A DNA stretch of 50,612 nucleotides from Nemertoderma westbladi. Taxonomy: Eukaryota; Animalia; Xenacoelomorpha. Location: the NCBI GenBank assembly GCA_032718475.1, contig JAUCBJ010004883.1, forward strand, positions 1-50,612. The letters run 5' to 3'. Position 1 is the stretch's first letter; every line of letters begins with the position of its first letter. This document shows, piece by piece, positions 12,445 to 25,050 of this stretch. Under the pieces are notes generated by a model, which was given only the letters and a program-made list of their open reading frames with translations, ran no database searches and had not been told where the DNA came from. The position numbers and the translations under genes are program-made.

Positions 12445-13371
12445 ATGTCCCTCCTGATTACAGGATTACATGCAGTATGTTTAGGTGCTATGAAAACACT
12501 TATTAAGGCATGGATAAGCACTCAACGAAGTATGGTATTGCCGTGCACGATGAAACCCAGCACTAAAGGAAATGTAAATATACTTCTAAGAAAATTTGGC
12601 TCATATATGCCTTCTTCTTTCAACAGGCGTGTTCGGGGATTTGATGAGGTGAGCTTTTTTAAGGCCACTGAGTATAGGTCATTACTGTTATATGCCAGTC
12701 CCTTGTTTAATTCATTCCTTCCAAGTAAATACTTTGACAACCTGATGTGCCTTCATCTCGCAATTCGTTTGATGATCTCTGAAGAATTAGTCTCTGAATG
12801 TCGTTATATAGACTTTGCTGAAGAACTTATTATAAACTTTCATGATAATTTGGGTAGTCTGTATACAAAACGTATGTACACATTCAATATGCATTCTTTA
12901 CTTCATTTGCTGCAGTTTGTACTAAAATATGGAGCTCTGGATAATTGGTCAGCGTTTAAGTTTGAAACCTTCTTAAGTAAACTCAAGTATTCCCTAAAAT
13001 CAAAACAAGTCAATAAAATGGTCAAAGAAGCAGCAAACAAAGCACATATATTAGCAAGCTGTAGTCGAAAGGGTATACCACTAAAGATTAAAGCTGGCGA
13101 TTGCTTCATGCTTAAGGGTGACTCCTCAGAGTTCAATTGTTTGTTAATTACAACGGTTATTAGCGATGTCTTTCAAGGCTTCTACTTGCGTTTTTTTGCG
13201 AATGTTTACACTTATCCATGCAATAGTATTGGTTACGGGGAGGGATATTTTGTGAAAGATAAGCCATTTTATGGTCGTTTGGATGATTCTCACTTTAAGA
13301 GATGTATATGTATGCCTTATGAATATAATGGTACAATGGTCTTTTATGTGTCCGTGTTGTGTAATTCATAA
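12445..13371 (+). CDS. EnSpm/CMC transposase, C-terminal half (N-terminus deleted)
   Basis: LHAVCLG..MPSSFNRRVRG..FKATEYRSLLLY..NMHSLLHL..GALDNWSAFKFE motifs. Confidence 0.85.
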   Translation: MSLLITGLHAVCLGAMKTLIKAWISTQRSMVLPCTMKPSTKGNVNILLRKFGSYMPSSFNRRVRGFDEVSFFKATEYRSLLLYASPLFNSFLPSKYFDNLMCLHLAIRLMISEELVSECRYIDFAEELIINFHDNLGSLYTKRMYTFNMHSLLHLLQFVLKYGALDNWSAFKFETFLSKLKYSLKSKQVNKMVKEAANKAHILASCSRKGIPLKIKAGDCFMLKGDSSEFNCLLITTVISDVFQGFYLRFFANVYTYPCNSIGYGEGYFVKDKPFYGRLDDSHFKRCICMPYEYNGTMVFYVSVLCNS

Positions 13372-13517
13372 ACATAAACTTTAAAAAATGTAAGGTTTTG
13401 AACTCTGTATTCATATCATATATACACTATACACCATATCATTTTATATATCATATTTTTCATATACTGTATAATATATATATCATATAAACACAGTATT
13501 ATTAATATTGTTAAATA

Positions 13518-14624
13518 ATGCTACCGGAATATGATGATGTTATAGTCTACTGCCATGATGATGGCCATTTCTTCTGTACTAGCATATCAGATATACCGGA
13601 ATATAACTGTGAAAAGCCGAAATTGGATGGCGGTACATATGGAGTTAATTATAACAATGAACTATATATTTGCGAGATACTCACCCATGGTTCACGCGTG
13701 GATGAAGGATTTAATAGCGTTTTAGAAAAGGCCCGCAAAATGAAACAGGATAAATATAATTTCAAACAAATTTTTAGATCACTACCACGTGTTGTGGAAC
13801 CATTCGATTCTAATCAAAGAAAACGTATCAGATTTGCATCATATGCACAAATTGGATTCCCCCAGCCATCATCTGGAGATGAAGACTCAACTCAACGACG
13901 TCAAGATAAACCCAAGAGTACCAGTATGTTTATCGCACCAATTGCTCCTTATGAAACAAACATGGAGAAAATTCAAAATTCGACTAATTTAATCGATGAA
14001 TGTACAAATGGCAATCGTCCAAATTCACAATGCACTCGAACTGGCACTAGTAACGAATTGAAACTTACTACAAACCAGGAAATAATCGGTAAAGAGCGTG
14101 ACAACAGTTCTTCTAAATACATTCTGCAAAGTTTGTTTTCTCTTGCTAAATCGAATCGGAGTTCGTTAATAAGCTTGGCAGGTCATGTTGAGAGGATAGA
14201 GGGCATGGTTGAAAATTTACAGTCTTCAGTATTAAGAATTGGTACCGGTAGTGGCCTCAGTCATGGACACAGTAATCATCTTGAAAATGAGAATATTGTG
14301 TGTGAATTACCACCTGCCAATACAGTAGAGGAATTACAACTCATCATTCAAGAACCCCACTTAACCACTACATTACGCCGCACTGGTGGTCATATGTTGA
14401 ATAATGCAGTTAAGAGGCAGCTGAAACGCCTCGTAAGCAGACCACTTGCCAAGTAGTGTAATATCTCGGGTAGATTCAATAAAGTGTCGTATAAGAAGTT
14501 GGGTGTTTTCGAAATTCTACGCACATGCAATAGTATCCGATCGGACTATACAGAGAGTGGATTCGAAAATGAACAACAACAAGCACACAAGGCTCTTATT
14601 GATGAAAGGAAAACAACTGGTTAG
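13518..14624 (+). pseudogene. EnSpm ORF2, DUF4806-like C-terminus, premature TAG at 14454-14456
   Basis: LPPANTVEEL..TGGHMLNNAVKRQLKRLVSRPLAK*CNISGRFNKVSYKKL; the frame stays open to the TAG at 14622-14624. Confidence 0.6.
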
Positions 14625-14737
14625 TTTAATAACTTGTCTATACTAAAACATGATTTTATGCATTACTGGGATTGAACCTAGTAGGCCTATTGTAATTCGT
14701 CATATATAGTTGCATTATTCATATAGTTTCGAAGCAT

Positions 14738-15009
14738 TAGGGCAACGATTTTGAATATTTCTTCGGCGAAAATCATGAAATTTCGCAAATGTCGCAATCT
14801 TCGCAAAAATTTCTCTAATTTCGTCTTCACAAAACAATATTTTAAGATACTAGTGCAGCATGCACTCGATTTTCTTACTTTTTAAAATATGTTCTAGAGC
14901 ATTAGTGAAGATCGCGATGTTTGCGAAGCTCCACCTTTAGTATTCGTAAACACAAAATTTTGTGACAACATTTGCGAAATTTCGCGATCTTCACCGAATC
15001 ATTGCCGTA
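14738..15009. mobile_element. MITE nested in the EnSpm element
   Basis: tagggcaacgatt ... aatcattgccgta termini; internal inverted aaatttcgcaaatg/catttgcgaaattt; no TSD seen. Confidence 0.6.
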
Positions 15010-15186
15010 CTCCATCCAAGGCTTATCTAGGTTTGTGTAAATATAAACGACAAATTTGGATGTAATACTGTTTAATTGCTATATTTAGTAGAATGTATGC
15101 CTTGTTGTAAATATTTATTTTTGTATGTATTATATTATTTGTATTTGTTTAGTTACAGATTCACTGGAGGCAGTTCTTAACGAGGG

Positions 15187-15450
15187 TACTATTTTGGTTT
15201 CTTTTGAGGCGGAGGGCAAAGCCAACCGACGAACGGCTACCGACGGTAACGATCTATCGATGTTAGATCTTGATGAGTGTTCTACTTTGGTTTCTGTTGA
15301 GGCGGAGGGCAAAGCCAACCGACGAACGGCTACCGACGGTAACGATCTATCAATGTTAGATCTTGATGAGTGTTCTACTTTGGTTTCTGTGGAGGCGGAG
15401 GGCAAAGACAACCGACGAATGGCTAACGACGGCGACGATCTATCTATATT
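15187..15450 (+). repeat. 93-bp tandem repeat (~2.8 copies) in an exon-like acidic ORF
   Basis: 31-aa unit STLVSVEAEGKANRRTATDGNDLSMLDLDEC; preceded by an acceptor-like tttagttacag. Confidence 0.85.
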
Positions 15451-15836
15451 GGAAAGTCTTAACGACATCGCTACTTAACTTCAAATAAATAAAATGTATA
15501 TACAATATACATATTGATAAAAGCGTGTGACGTGGCTCAGAAATCTTTAATATATATTATTATTTTAATCATAGGTGTCCTTGAAACCTAGCTTATGCTC
15601 TCATTTTATTCCATGGAAAAAAATTTCACTTTCAAACTTTTTTTTAATTAGTATCAAGATACATAATATAAAAAGCTCAAATTTTTCCCCATGTAATCAG
15701 TCTCTATTTTTAAATTTTACTTTTTTGACGGTTTTAACATATCTATTTTGTTAAATTTTTTTATATTTATAACCAATAATTATTTTTTAGATTTATAACA
15801 ACTAGAATTGAAACAGAGTCTGTTCTGTATCTTTTT

Positions 15837-16111
15837 TACTGAGCCCCTAAAGTGACATGAAAATTTTTTTTTCTTATCTCGGGCCCCGACTTACTAACTT
15901 TCCTGAGATAACCAACCAATCAGTGAAAACCAACTCACGCAGTAAGACGCACTGATTGGTTGGTTATCTCAGGGTCAGGGCCCGAGTTATAAGTCGGGGC
16001 CCGAGATAATTCATCTCACTGATTGGTTGGTTCTCTCAGGGCCCGAGTTATTATATAAGTTGGGGCCCTGAGATAAGAATTTTTTTTTCATGTCCCTTTA
16101 GGGGCTCTGTA
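15837..16111. mobile_element. MITE with TAC...GTA termini and 6-bp TSD (IS3EU-like)
   Basis: tactgagcccctaaagtgacatgaaa / tttcatgtccctttaggggctctgta, flanked by cttttt on both sides. Confidence 0.75.
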
Positions 16112-16712
16112 CTTTTTAGTTTCAAGTTTCAAAGTATTAAAACATGCATATGCATAAACTGGGAATGCTATACCAGTACATGTGTTATATGGGTTATAAA
16201 GTGTTATTACAAAGTGTTATATATGTTGTTACAAAAATAATATTTTGTTAACCACATCCTATTTTTTTGAAAGTCAGACTAATTGTCAGCATCATCCTGC
16301 TGAATTGACTGGCTCCCCCACAAAACAAAATGCAAAAAATGGCGCTTGTATGGTGGTAATTTTTAAATATATATATCACCATCACCACTATTAAAAATGG
16401 CGATACATTGGTGTAAAAACACCAGTGTCTTGCCACTATTGTAACAGTGATACATAGGTGTAAATACGACAATGTTACGCCGCTGAGGGTAGCTGAACTT
16501 AGAATGGCGAATAAATGGCGCCAGTCCACCAGAACAAAACAGGTTCTAGTCACCGGTATTACGATGTCGCATAATTGGTACTGAATGGTGCAAAACTGGT
16601 TAGTTACACTGGTATATCCTTATTGTCGGGTTAGGACATTTTGATAGAATTATCGCCAGTGACCAAAAAGGCGTTTCAGCCAGCTCAACACTGGTGCATT
16701 TTTTACTGGGTG

Positions 16713-17035
16713 TGTATGGCAGTACGTGTATGAAAGTGATAACATTCGGCGCATTAACAACATCATGAGGTAAACTGTTCCAAGTATTTACTGTACGTTG
16801 GGAAAAACGGTTATTTGAGATTATTAAGCGGTTAGACTGTATGTATAACTTGTAATTATGACCACGAAGACCCGGGCGTTGGACATACTCGAAAAAATCG
16901 CTAAACTGAATATCTACTTTACCATGACACATGTTATACACCAAACGCAAATCAAAAATAATACGCCTAGCTTGCAAATTAAGAAATGCCAGCCTATTTA
17001 GGTAGCTATCATCTAGGTATGATTTATTTGTCATC
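16713..17035 (-). mobile_element. CR1-type LINE ORF2 C-terminal fragment
   Basis: LQARRIIFDL..LRGHNYKL..FSQRTVNTWNSLP..VVNA. Confidence 0.8.
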
Positions 17036-17365
17036 ATCATTTGTTATCATTTTTATCATTTTTATTTATCATCATTTGTTTGAAACAAATGCCAGTTACA
17101 TTATGTACCAGTATTAGTTGTTTGTCAGTCATTTCCTGTGGAATGGATCATATATGCAACAAATCTGCAACGATTAGAGAAATAATAGGAGCCATGTCTG
17201 CCGGTACCAACATCAAGGGAAAAGTTAGCATCAGGTGACGAATTAACTAATGTATATACCGGTACACTGGCAATTTTTGTCCTAAAAGAAGCTCAGAAAT
17301 ATCCTTACTACTCAACTGACAGCACTATTTCTGATCTGTGTAGATTTGTTATTTTGTTCCTTTAA

Positions 17366-17512
17366 CTGACCGAGATGAAGACAGGCGGATGGCTTTCGTC
17401 CGTCCCATTGGCGGAACACCAGTTTGACCTGTCTCCCCAGGAATTCAGGGACGTGCTAGCCATCCGGTACGGTAGGCCGCTGGTGGGGGTCCCAAGTCGC
17501 TGTGACGGCTGT
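17366..17512 (+). mobile_element. CRE-clade LINE internal fragment (region before the zinc knuckle)
   Basis: My translation: GGWLSSVPLAEHQFDLSPQEFRDVLAIRYGRPLVGVPSRCDGC; GC-rich island in AT-rich DNA. Confidence 0.75.
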
Positions 17513-17589
17513 TAAGCCAATATTGCTTAAAGGCGCTCTTTCCCACTTTATGGGGGTTGGTGAGGCGGAATTGAATCCGCTCACAGAAA

Positions 17590-17860
17590 TAGTGCAATTA
17601 TACTTCTAAACCTTTATGAACTGAATAAAATTAACTGGATTAGAGCAATTATATTTGACACCTTTATGAACTGAGTAAAAAAAGTAACTTGAATTACTGC
17701 AATTATACTTGCTTGAGTAAAGCAAATATATTTGACAACTTTATGAACTGAGTAAAAAACTAACTTGAATTACTGCAATTATACTTAATACCTTTATAAA
17801 ATGAGTAAAAGTGACTGGAAGTAAAGCAATTATACTTGACACCTATGTTAACTGAATTCG
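17590..17860. repeat. Degenerate ~50-55-bp tandem repeat
   Basis: Recurrent gcaattatacttgacacctttatgaactgagtaaaa. Confidence 0.75.
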
Positions 17861-19449
17861 TATAATTGCAATGTATTTATTATAAGTATATATGTGAAAA
17901 TGACTGCACAATTATTTTAAGGTATGAATACGATTTCAATTTAATTATAATTGAATATTTGCACAGTAAATTTAAGTAATTAAGTGAATGAAGGCCTACG
18001 TGTAAGAATGCTACTAAAACAGTGGCACAGTGGAATAAGAGTAACATTAGTAGAGTATGTGAGGTGTGAAAGTACTATGAGCGCTATTAAAATTAAAATT
18101 GAACTACAAGATACGAGTTGTGAATCATACCAGTAACTACTGGGTAGAACTGAGTTATGAGCTCACGACCCAAAGAGACTTAAATGAATGTGTGAAGTAC
18201 CGGTACATGATTTAGATAGAAAGGTCAAAGTATGGATAGGAACCAGCGGCCAAACCAAGGGGGTATCATGTGGTTGTGCAATCTATCAGTTTTTACTTTA
18301 CTTTACTTGCCGTTTTTTCTTACTGGTTTTCTTCCCATTTCTTTATTATTCGTTTTTACATTCTTATTTTATCACCAGTTTTTAAATGCCTTTTTTTACC
18401 TGGTTTTTACTATTCATTTTTTCTTTATTACCTATAAAAGTTTTGACTTTTATTTTTAATCACCATGATTTATTTACTTGCCTTTTTCTTACTGGTTTTT
18501 ATCTTTTTCTTCAATACCAGTTTTTAATTGCCTTTTTTTTCGTATTGGTTTTTATTTCCATTTTTTTTTAATAATGCCTGGACTATCGCTAAGCAGCTGA
18601 AGTGCTGCTCCGATTCGCCTCAGATTATAAAAATAGTATTTAATCTCTTGATTGATGTAATTATATATATAGATTTTGTATGTACTGCAGTAGCAGAACC
18701 AGTACTGTGGCATTCCACATTTAGCGGCAGTAGTGTTGTGAAACCGGGATGAGAGTATCTGAAATACAGAAATACAGTAGGAGGTAGCTGTGAGACACGG
18801 CCAACTGTTAGTATTACTATTGTAGTATTAATTAGTATAGTACTATTGCAGCTGTAGTATTACTATACCTAGTATTAGTATATAGTACTATAGCTATAGT
18901 ACTGTAGCTATGTGAAATCATGGAAACCGGGGCTTTAGATTAGATAAATTAATTATTATGATTAATTAATAATTAGATTAGATTAATTTAAAGTACCACA
19001 AGACCACGGTGGGCGGTCTGGGTGATTGGGTGCTTTCCAGTACACAATTCCACTGCTTCCAAACCACATCACAAATACTGGTGGCCTAACAGCCTAAGTA
19101 TTGGCCTACTACAGTATGTACTGAACTGATATAGCATAGAAGCGACAGGTAGACGGGTCTATGTTTACAAAGTACTTATGCTTACACCTAAAATCAAAGC
19201 AATTAATTAATATAAATACGGTTACAGTATGCTACATTTGCTACCTGCCTTGCAAAAACTGCCTTGCCTTGCTACCTGCCTTGCTGCCTTAGGCTTAAAA
19301 ACAAATTGGAGGAAAGTGGTCCGATCATGCGATTGATCTACATTCAGACCATTAGCTATAATAAAATAACGCAATACCCAAACCCAGAACAGTAATAATG
19401 TACAGAATATTGTTGTTGGTTTGCGTATAGGCAATGCAGGCATAACATG

Positions 19450-20641
19450 TAACTCGCTTCCGTCTCATGGCCACTCACATAGCTGTTGAGACCTAAAGAT
19501 GGTCGAGAATTCCTCCCGAACGTCGTATTTGTAAGTGCGGCGTGGTACAAACCGAATACCCCATTACGAAACTCATACCCTCACCTAGATTACACTTCAT
19601 TAGGCAGTTTCTTCGAATCGAATGACCGCGAATCTTCATTGGCCTTCTGCTACGAAGCCCTTCATGAACTAGAGCCTTAGTAATTCACCATACCTATGAC
19701 ACGTGCCTATTATCGGCGCTAAAATTTTATCACTATAGACCTAACCATATTTACCTCTGATTGTGTTTATCACACACGTACGTATTTATTTATTTAATTC
19801 TTTTACCTATTGTACCTGCTGTACTAGTCATATCATTCGTGTCTCCACGTACGTATTTATTTATTTAATTCTTTTACCTATTGTACCTGCTGTACTAGTC
19901 ATATCATTCGTGTCTCCACGTACGTATTTATTTATTTAATTCTTTTACCTATTGTACCTGCTGTACTAGTCATATCATTCGTGTCTCCGTGCATAATTTA
20001 TTATTATGATATTACTTAACACGTTATTTCGAAATCGCTGCTCCGGGCTTATGAATTTTTGTTATTGCTAGATATTTTTGACACTACCGTTACTCGTTAT
20101 TTCGTAATCGCTTGCTTACTGATTTTCGTTAGTGCTAAATTGTATATGATACTACTGTTACACAGTATTTCTAATAGGTTATTTTGTCGTTCCACCAACT
20201 TATTGATTTTTGATATCGCTAATTATTGTATTTGACACTACACTGTACAGTAATACGTTATTTTTCTACTCATTCCCGGCTTATTGATATTTGCTTATTG
20301 ATTTTTGTTCTCGCTATTTATTGTATTTGACACTCTACTGTATAATACGTCATTTTGTACTCGTCCCCGGCTTAGTTAAAGAGTTTGTTTGTTATTATAT
20401 TTATTATATATTTTATGCGTAGTTATTTATAGTTTTGTTTATATAGGTACTCATTCCGAATATAGTCATTTATTTAGTTTTTCCTTCTACAGTACTTTGA
20501 TTAAATGTATTTTATTATCTATTCTGTCTGTTTCGTGTCACTTTAAACTGTATATTTTTTGCTGGACTTAATGACTTTCCTGTGGCGTACTTTCATTATT
20601 ATTATTTACCCCATTTAGTCAATAAATAAATAAAAAAAAAA
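19450..20641 (+). mobile_element. LINE 3' end (RTEX/L2-like C-terminal Cys motif) with long 3' UTR and A-rich tail
   Basis: TRFRLMATHIAVET*RWSRIPPERRICKCGVVQTE; tail aataaataaataaaaaaaaa at ~20622-20641. Confidence 0.6.
19775..19987. repeat. 71-bp perfect tandem repeat, 3 copies
   Basis: cacgtacgtattt starts at 19775, 19846 and 19917. Confidence 0.95.
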
Positions 20642-22069
20642 TAGCCAAATGATAGCCAAGAGTTTAGCCAATCAATGAAGGGCACTGGAAAAGCTATCTG
20701 CTGGTGAGTCATTAGTAGCAGAGTGGAATTATTTGGTGTAACCATCGAAATTCATAGGCTCTTCATGAATGTAGAGAAGTTAACTAATATTGGTTAGATG
20801 TAATACAACAGGTTCTATAGGGAGATAGTATAGAACACATTAGTTTGGTAGGACAGCTGAGTTTGTGAGAGAGAGAGATGGGGGTGGGGGAGTGGTGGGC
20901 TGTGGGTAGTAGTTATTCACTGATTGTCAAAGGATTCGATGGTCCACTAGGATAAAGTGCTTTAGATCCACAATAATTGTTTTTGTCCGTTGAATTTACT
21001 CATTATGTCCGATGATTTTGACTTTTTATGTCCGCAGAAATTGCTACCGGTGTACCGGTAACTGGTAACAGTATATTGTAGGTATAAATAAAGCCTTAGA
21101 ATTATACTGTATTATACTACATTAGATTTGGATTAGAGTATTGGTGGTTCTGAGTTATCAACGATTGATTAATGTATCATAAGTAGTAATGATTTGATTT
21201 TAAGGATAGTATTTTTATAAAAATATTTTAAAGAATTAGAAAAATTGGAATTAATGATATTATCTGTTATGTTGGATCAACTGTAAAAATTATCTGAAAC
21301 TAATATACAGTACTACCAAAGTGAATCAATTTCACGAACCCTTTAGGGCTTAAATCTCGTCTGATCGATATATTTTGGAGATACTTCATTAATTTTAAAC
21401 ACTACTCAATTGATAATTATTGTAGCTGGACAGTGTATTGCAGCTATATCTTAATGACCTGTTGAAACAATAACTACTATCAGCTTCGATGATAGATGAT
21501 TTTGATTTATACCCATAGATAACGACGTATAATGCTTTTATTAATACATATTTTATTTCACTTCACATCCACTCTGGACCTTTTAATACGCATATATTTC
21601 ATCTAAATTTAAATTTAATACGCATATATTTTATCTCATTCCATATGACATCCAGTCTGTCTCATAATTATTAGCAATGCCCCTTTAATGGAATATTTCT
21701 AATCTATTATATTTTTAAATCTAACATTAAAATACAGTAATAATTTTAATTCGGTGTATTTTAATGTACTTTATTTATTGACTCACATTTTAAAATATGT
21801 ATGTTTTTTTTAGGGGGGAAACCCCATCCATAATTCTAAAGTTAATTTGTCAGCATATGTTATCTTTGTTCTAAGTTACAGTATGGTGTAAATTTATATA
21901 AATAAATAATAATAATATTACATTAGTTATTATTTATAAATATAATGTAGAACAGAACTTCGATCTTGAAACAGGTGGAGCAGTTCCAACTGACAACTCC
22001 TCTAGTAACGATGGTAACAACTACAAAACAAATATATTGAGTAACTTATTTAAGGGAGTAAAGTGAATC

Positions 22070-22165
22070 TTTGGGCCAAAACGTCCGACAAGCAAATCTT
22101 GCATTTCATTCATTGGGCCGAAACGTCCTAGGCCAAAACGTCTTAGACCGAAACGTCTGTTACCC
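22070..22165. repeat. Clustered ggccgaaacgtc repeats, probably the end of a non-autonomous element
   Basis: Four copies of g(g/a)cc(g/a)aaacgtc. Confidence 0.5.
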
Positions 22166-23315
22166 AGACTGAAGACAGGTAGGCCTACTAAATCTAAGTG
22201 ATTTAAAGAGTGTGGCTGCCGCTACCTTTTGTCAAATAAACAATGCAGGACAGGTCCAGGATGAGTGACAGCCGCGGTGTCCGCCAACCCCGGATGCGCC
22301 AACAGTGCAGTATCTATTAACCATAACTCTTCTTGACGCCGCTTAGAAATCTAACCAACCGTGATTTATTTTTGAACGGCTTTTCCACCAACCTGGCTAT
22401 GAATGTTGTTGGTTGCTACGGTATATGGCACTAACATAGTATAGACTGATAGAAGCAGCAATGAGAATGCTAAGGGAATAAACATTCGCACAGATATTGA
22501 AAACCGTCGTGTCAGTCCTGTCCTTCTTTGTGAATTTATTAACATATAATATATGTACCTTTACTTTCGCTGTTTCTACATTCAGACCATTAGCTATATA
22601 TATAAAATAACGCAACACCATCGAAAGTCATGGGCCCTTCATGAATGTAGAGAAGTTAATTAAGGGGTGGGGGGTGGGGGGTAGGGATACAGTGCTATAT
22701 TAAATCCACACGTTTTGCTTCTAACTGTGAGACAGCCCTAGTCTTGCAACATGCGAAATCTGAAAAGATCTTGATAAGATTTGTTAACATTCTTTGTAAG
22801 ATCTTGGCACTTCAGATTCTGATCTTTGCAGGGGAGGCACTGATCGTCTAAGATCCTTACAGATTTTCTAGGTACATCCCAGATCTTTGCAGGGAGTCAC
22901 TGATCATGTAAGAACATTACAGATTAACTATGAATATACCAGATCTTTGCTGTTCGCTAGGGGATGTGCATACGCGATCGTTGCAAATTTATTAAATTAC
23001 TTATTATGCATGATCACTCCATTTGCAAACATCAATAACAATATAATATCATAGCCAGTATATATTTAATTACAATATCCACAAAATACAACCCACAAAC
23101 CGCCCGGAAGCGGCAAATGATGTAACAATTAATTATTTAAAATAAATAGAACTGTATTTCTTTGCTGTTTTACTGTTTTATTTTATGTGTTGACAAGCCG
23201 ACCTTCAAGATTAAATTCTTAAAAGTCATCGTTGAGTTTTCAAAGTCGCTTAAATGTTTATATCCGAGTTTTTAGCGTCGTTTATATTGCAAGATCGAGT
23301 TTTACCACTGACATC

Positions 23316-23490
23316 CAGATAGGGGGAGGGGGGGGGGGGGGGGGGGGAACTGGACGCAATAAAAACTCATCCCTCTCCAGGGGAAATTCGACGCAAATTA
23401 CAGCTGATTACTTTCAATAATAAAACTGTAACCTGTTCTATTGTGTTTAGTTTATTGTTTTGGTTAAAATAACGTGCCACTGTAACCTGT
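23316..23490. mobile_element. Second, inverted partial copy of the 1381-1640 MITE
   Basis: Reverse complement of ~1466-1640. Confidence 0.75.
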
Positions 23491-23995
23491 TCCTTCCCAT
23501 ATTTTGTATGCAATTAATCCGTCTAAATATCGTTTTAAAATTTTTAAGTAGAAATGCATGCAAATGAAACGAAGGCCTACAGTATGTATCGCAGTTTACA
23601 AAATACATGATATATAATATATTAACGCCACACAGTAGCCGCATGTTGCGGCATGTTAACACTGTTCATGGTTCTCGCCCTGGTCCCGATCGCGGCTACC
23701 CTTTTCTTTCCTCTTAGCATCTATTCCCTTCTGGTTAATGGATCGCCTCAATTTGGGCCACATCGCATTTCTAAATAGTGAATTATTAAGACTGAATCGC
23801 TTCGTAACCATTTCTAAAATGTAAAATAAATAATTATACTGTATATGAGTTATATTATAAATTAAACCCACATTATAGTAGTTTGCTGGGTCTAATCACG
23901 GTGGTGCTATTGATGTTGGTTTGTTTTCTTGGGCGGTAATTTTATTTCCGAAGTCATTTTATGCTTTTGATGGAATCGAGATAGATCAGGCCTCG

Positions 23996-25050
23996 TAATG
24001 TTGTGGGGCGAGACACGTAGTCGGCGAGCCTTGGCATACGGTTCATATAGGGCAAATGGGGCATGTCCGTCTGTCTGTCTGTCCGTCTGTCTGTCTGTCC
24101 GTCCGTCTGTCTGGTAAATGTTTGAACGCGAATTTCTCGGCATCGCTCGTTCGGAATTGAACCAAACTTAGTAGGTAAGTAGTAGAGAGAAAGTTTAGAA
24201 AGTTTGTAAAGTTTGGTGAAAAATCATGCAGTCTGACGTCAGCTACGACAGATTATGTGGTTTTTAGAAAATGTTAAATTTCTCGGGAACGCCTCATTTT
24301 CCTGAGCTGAAATTTTGGTTGCTTGTAGAGAATTATGAAGTCTATCTTTTACGAAATTTAAAAGTTAAGACATTTAATTGGGGATCCGCTAGAGACTCCG
24401 AAGTAATGACATAGGCCTACCGGTACGCTAGGCCTACTGTTGTACTTATCAGTAGTGATTATGAAATTGCAGTATAAAACTTTAATACCTTCATTGGCCA
24501 GCTCGTTACCTCGAGCGGTGTTGGCTGAGTGGATAAGGCGTTGGACTACCCATCCAATGGATCTTCTCGCGCTGGTTCGAATCATATCTCTGGCGAAACT
24601 TATTTTGCACGTTTTTTATATTAAATTTTTTTAAAGCCAACAATAATTACTAGAATTAAACCAACTTTTATTACATTATGCATGCAGTCTATTAGAAATT
24701 TAGAAATAATCTGAGTTTTTATCAAAATAAGACTGTCGGACACTCGGTACCGGTAGTTTCAGACTTTTGATAAAAACTGAAATAAGTCGTTCAATCAAAT
24801 GATGAATTAAACCAAACTTGTACGTATGCAGTCCATTAAAAGTTTGGAAAGTATCTGAAGTTACTAAAAATAGGTCAGTCGGTACCGGTGGTTTCAGACT
24901 TTTTATAAAAACCGAAATAAGTCGGGCAATTGCAGTTCAGACTTTTTATAAAAACCGAAATAAAAGTCGGGCAATTGCAGATTAAATTAAACCAAAATTT
25001 GTACGTATGCATGCACTCTCGTGCTGCGCGAAGTCCCCACGAACGTGTTA
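23996..25050 (+). mobile_element. Helentron/DINE-1-like non-autonomous element in a BEN-gene intron
   Basis: (gtct/gtcc)n microsatellite followed by aaccaaactt core and internal tandem repeats; related (ctgt)n ends at ~2510-2590 and ~3617-3680. Confidence 0.55.
24515..24595 (+). pseudogene. tRNA-Ser-like pseudogene or SINE head
   Basis: gcggtgttggctgagtggataaggcgttgga-ctaccca-tccaa..long variable arm..ggttcgaatc; anticodon stem intact, T and acceptor stems broken. Confidence 0.7.

Larger units (their letters stand above)
12115..16710 (+). mobile_element. CMC/EnSpm-type DNA transposon (4.6 kb, internally deleted)
   Basis: TIR CCCAGTAAAAAATG (12115) / CATTTTTTACTGGG (ends 16710); TG TSD at 12113-14 and 16711-12; subterminal ccagtg/tggcg repeats; contains a transposase fragment and a second ORF. 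Confidence 0.88.

Noticed and set aside
16600-17040. 146-aa ORF as a fusion gene
   Set aside because: Chance read-through from the CR1 fragment into the EnSpm right TIR.
21100-21915. Possible L2/Crack LINE 3' remnant with a TAA-rich tail
   Set aside because: Only faint motif similarity; too decayed to support as a feature.
24515-24595. Functional mis-decoding tRNA (Ser body, ACC anticodon)
   Set aside because: Acceptor and T stems cannot pair.
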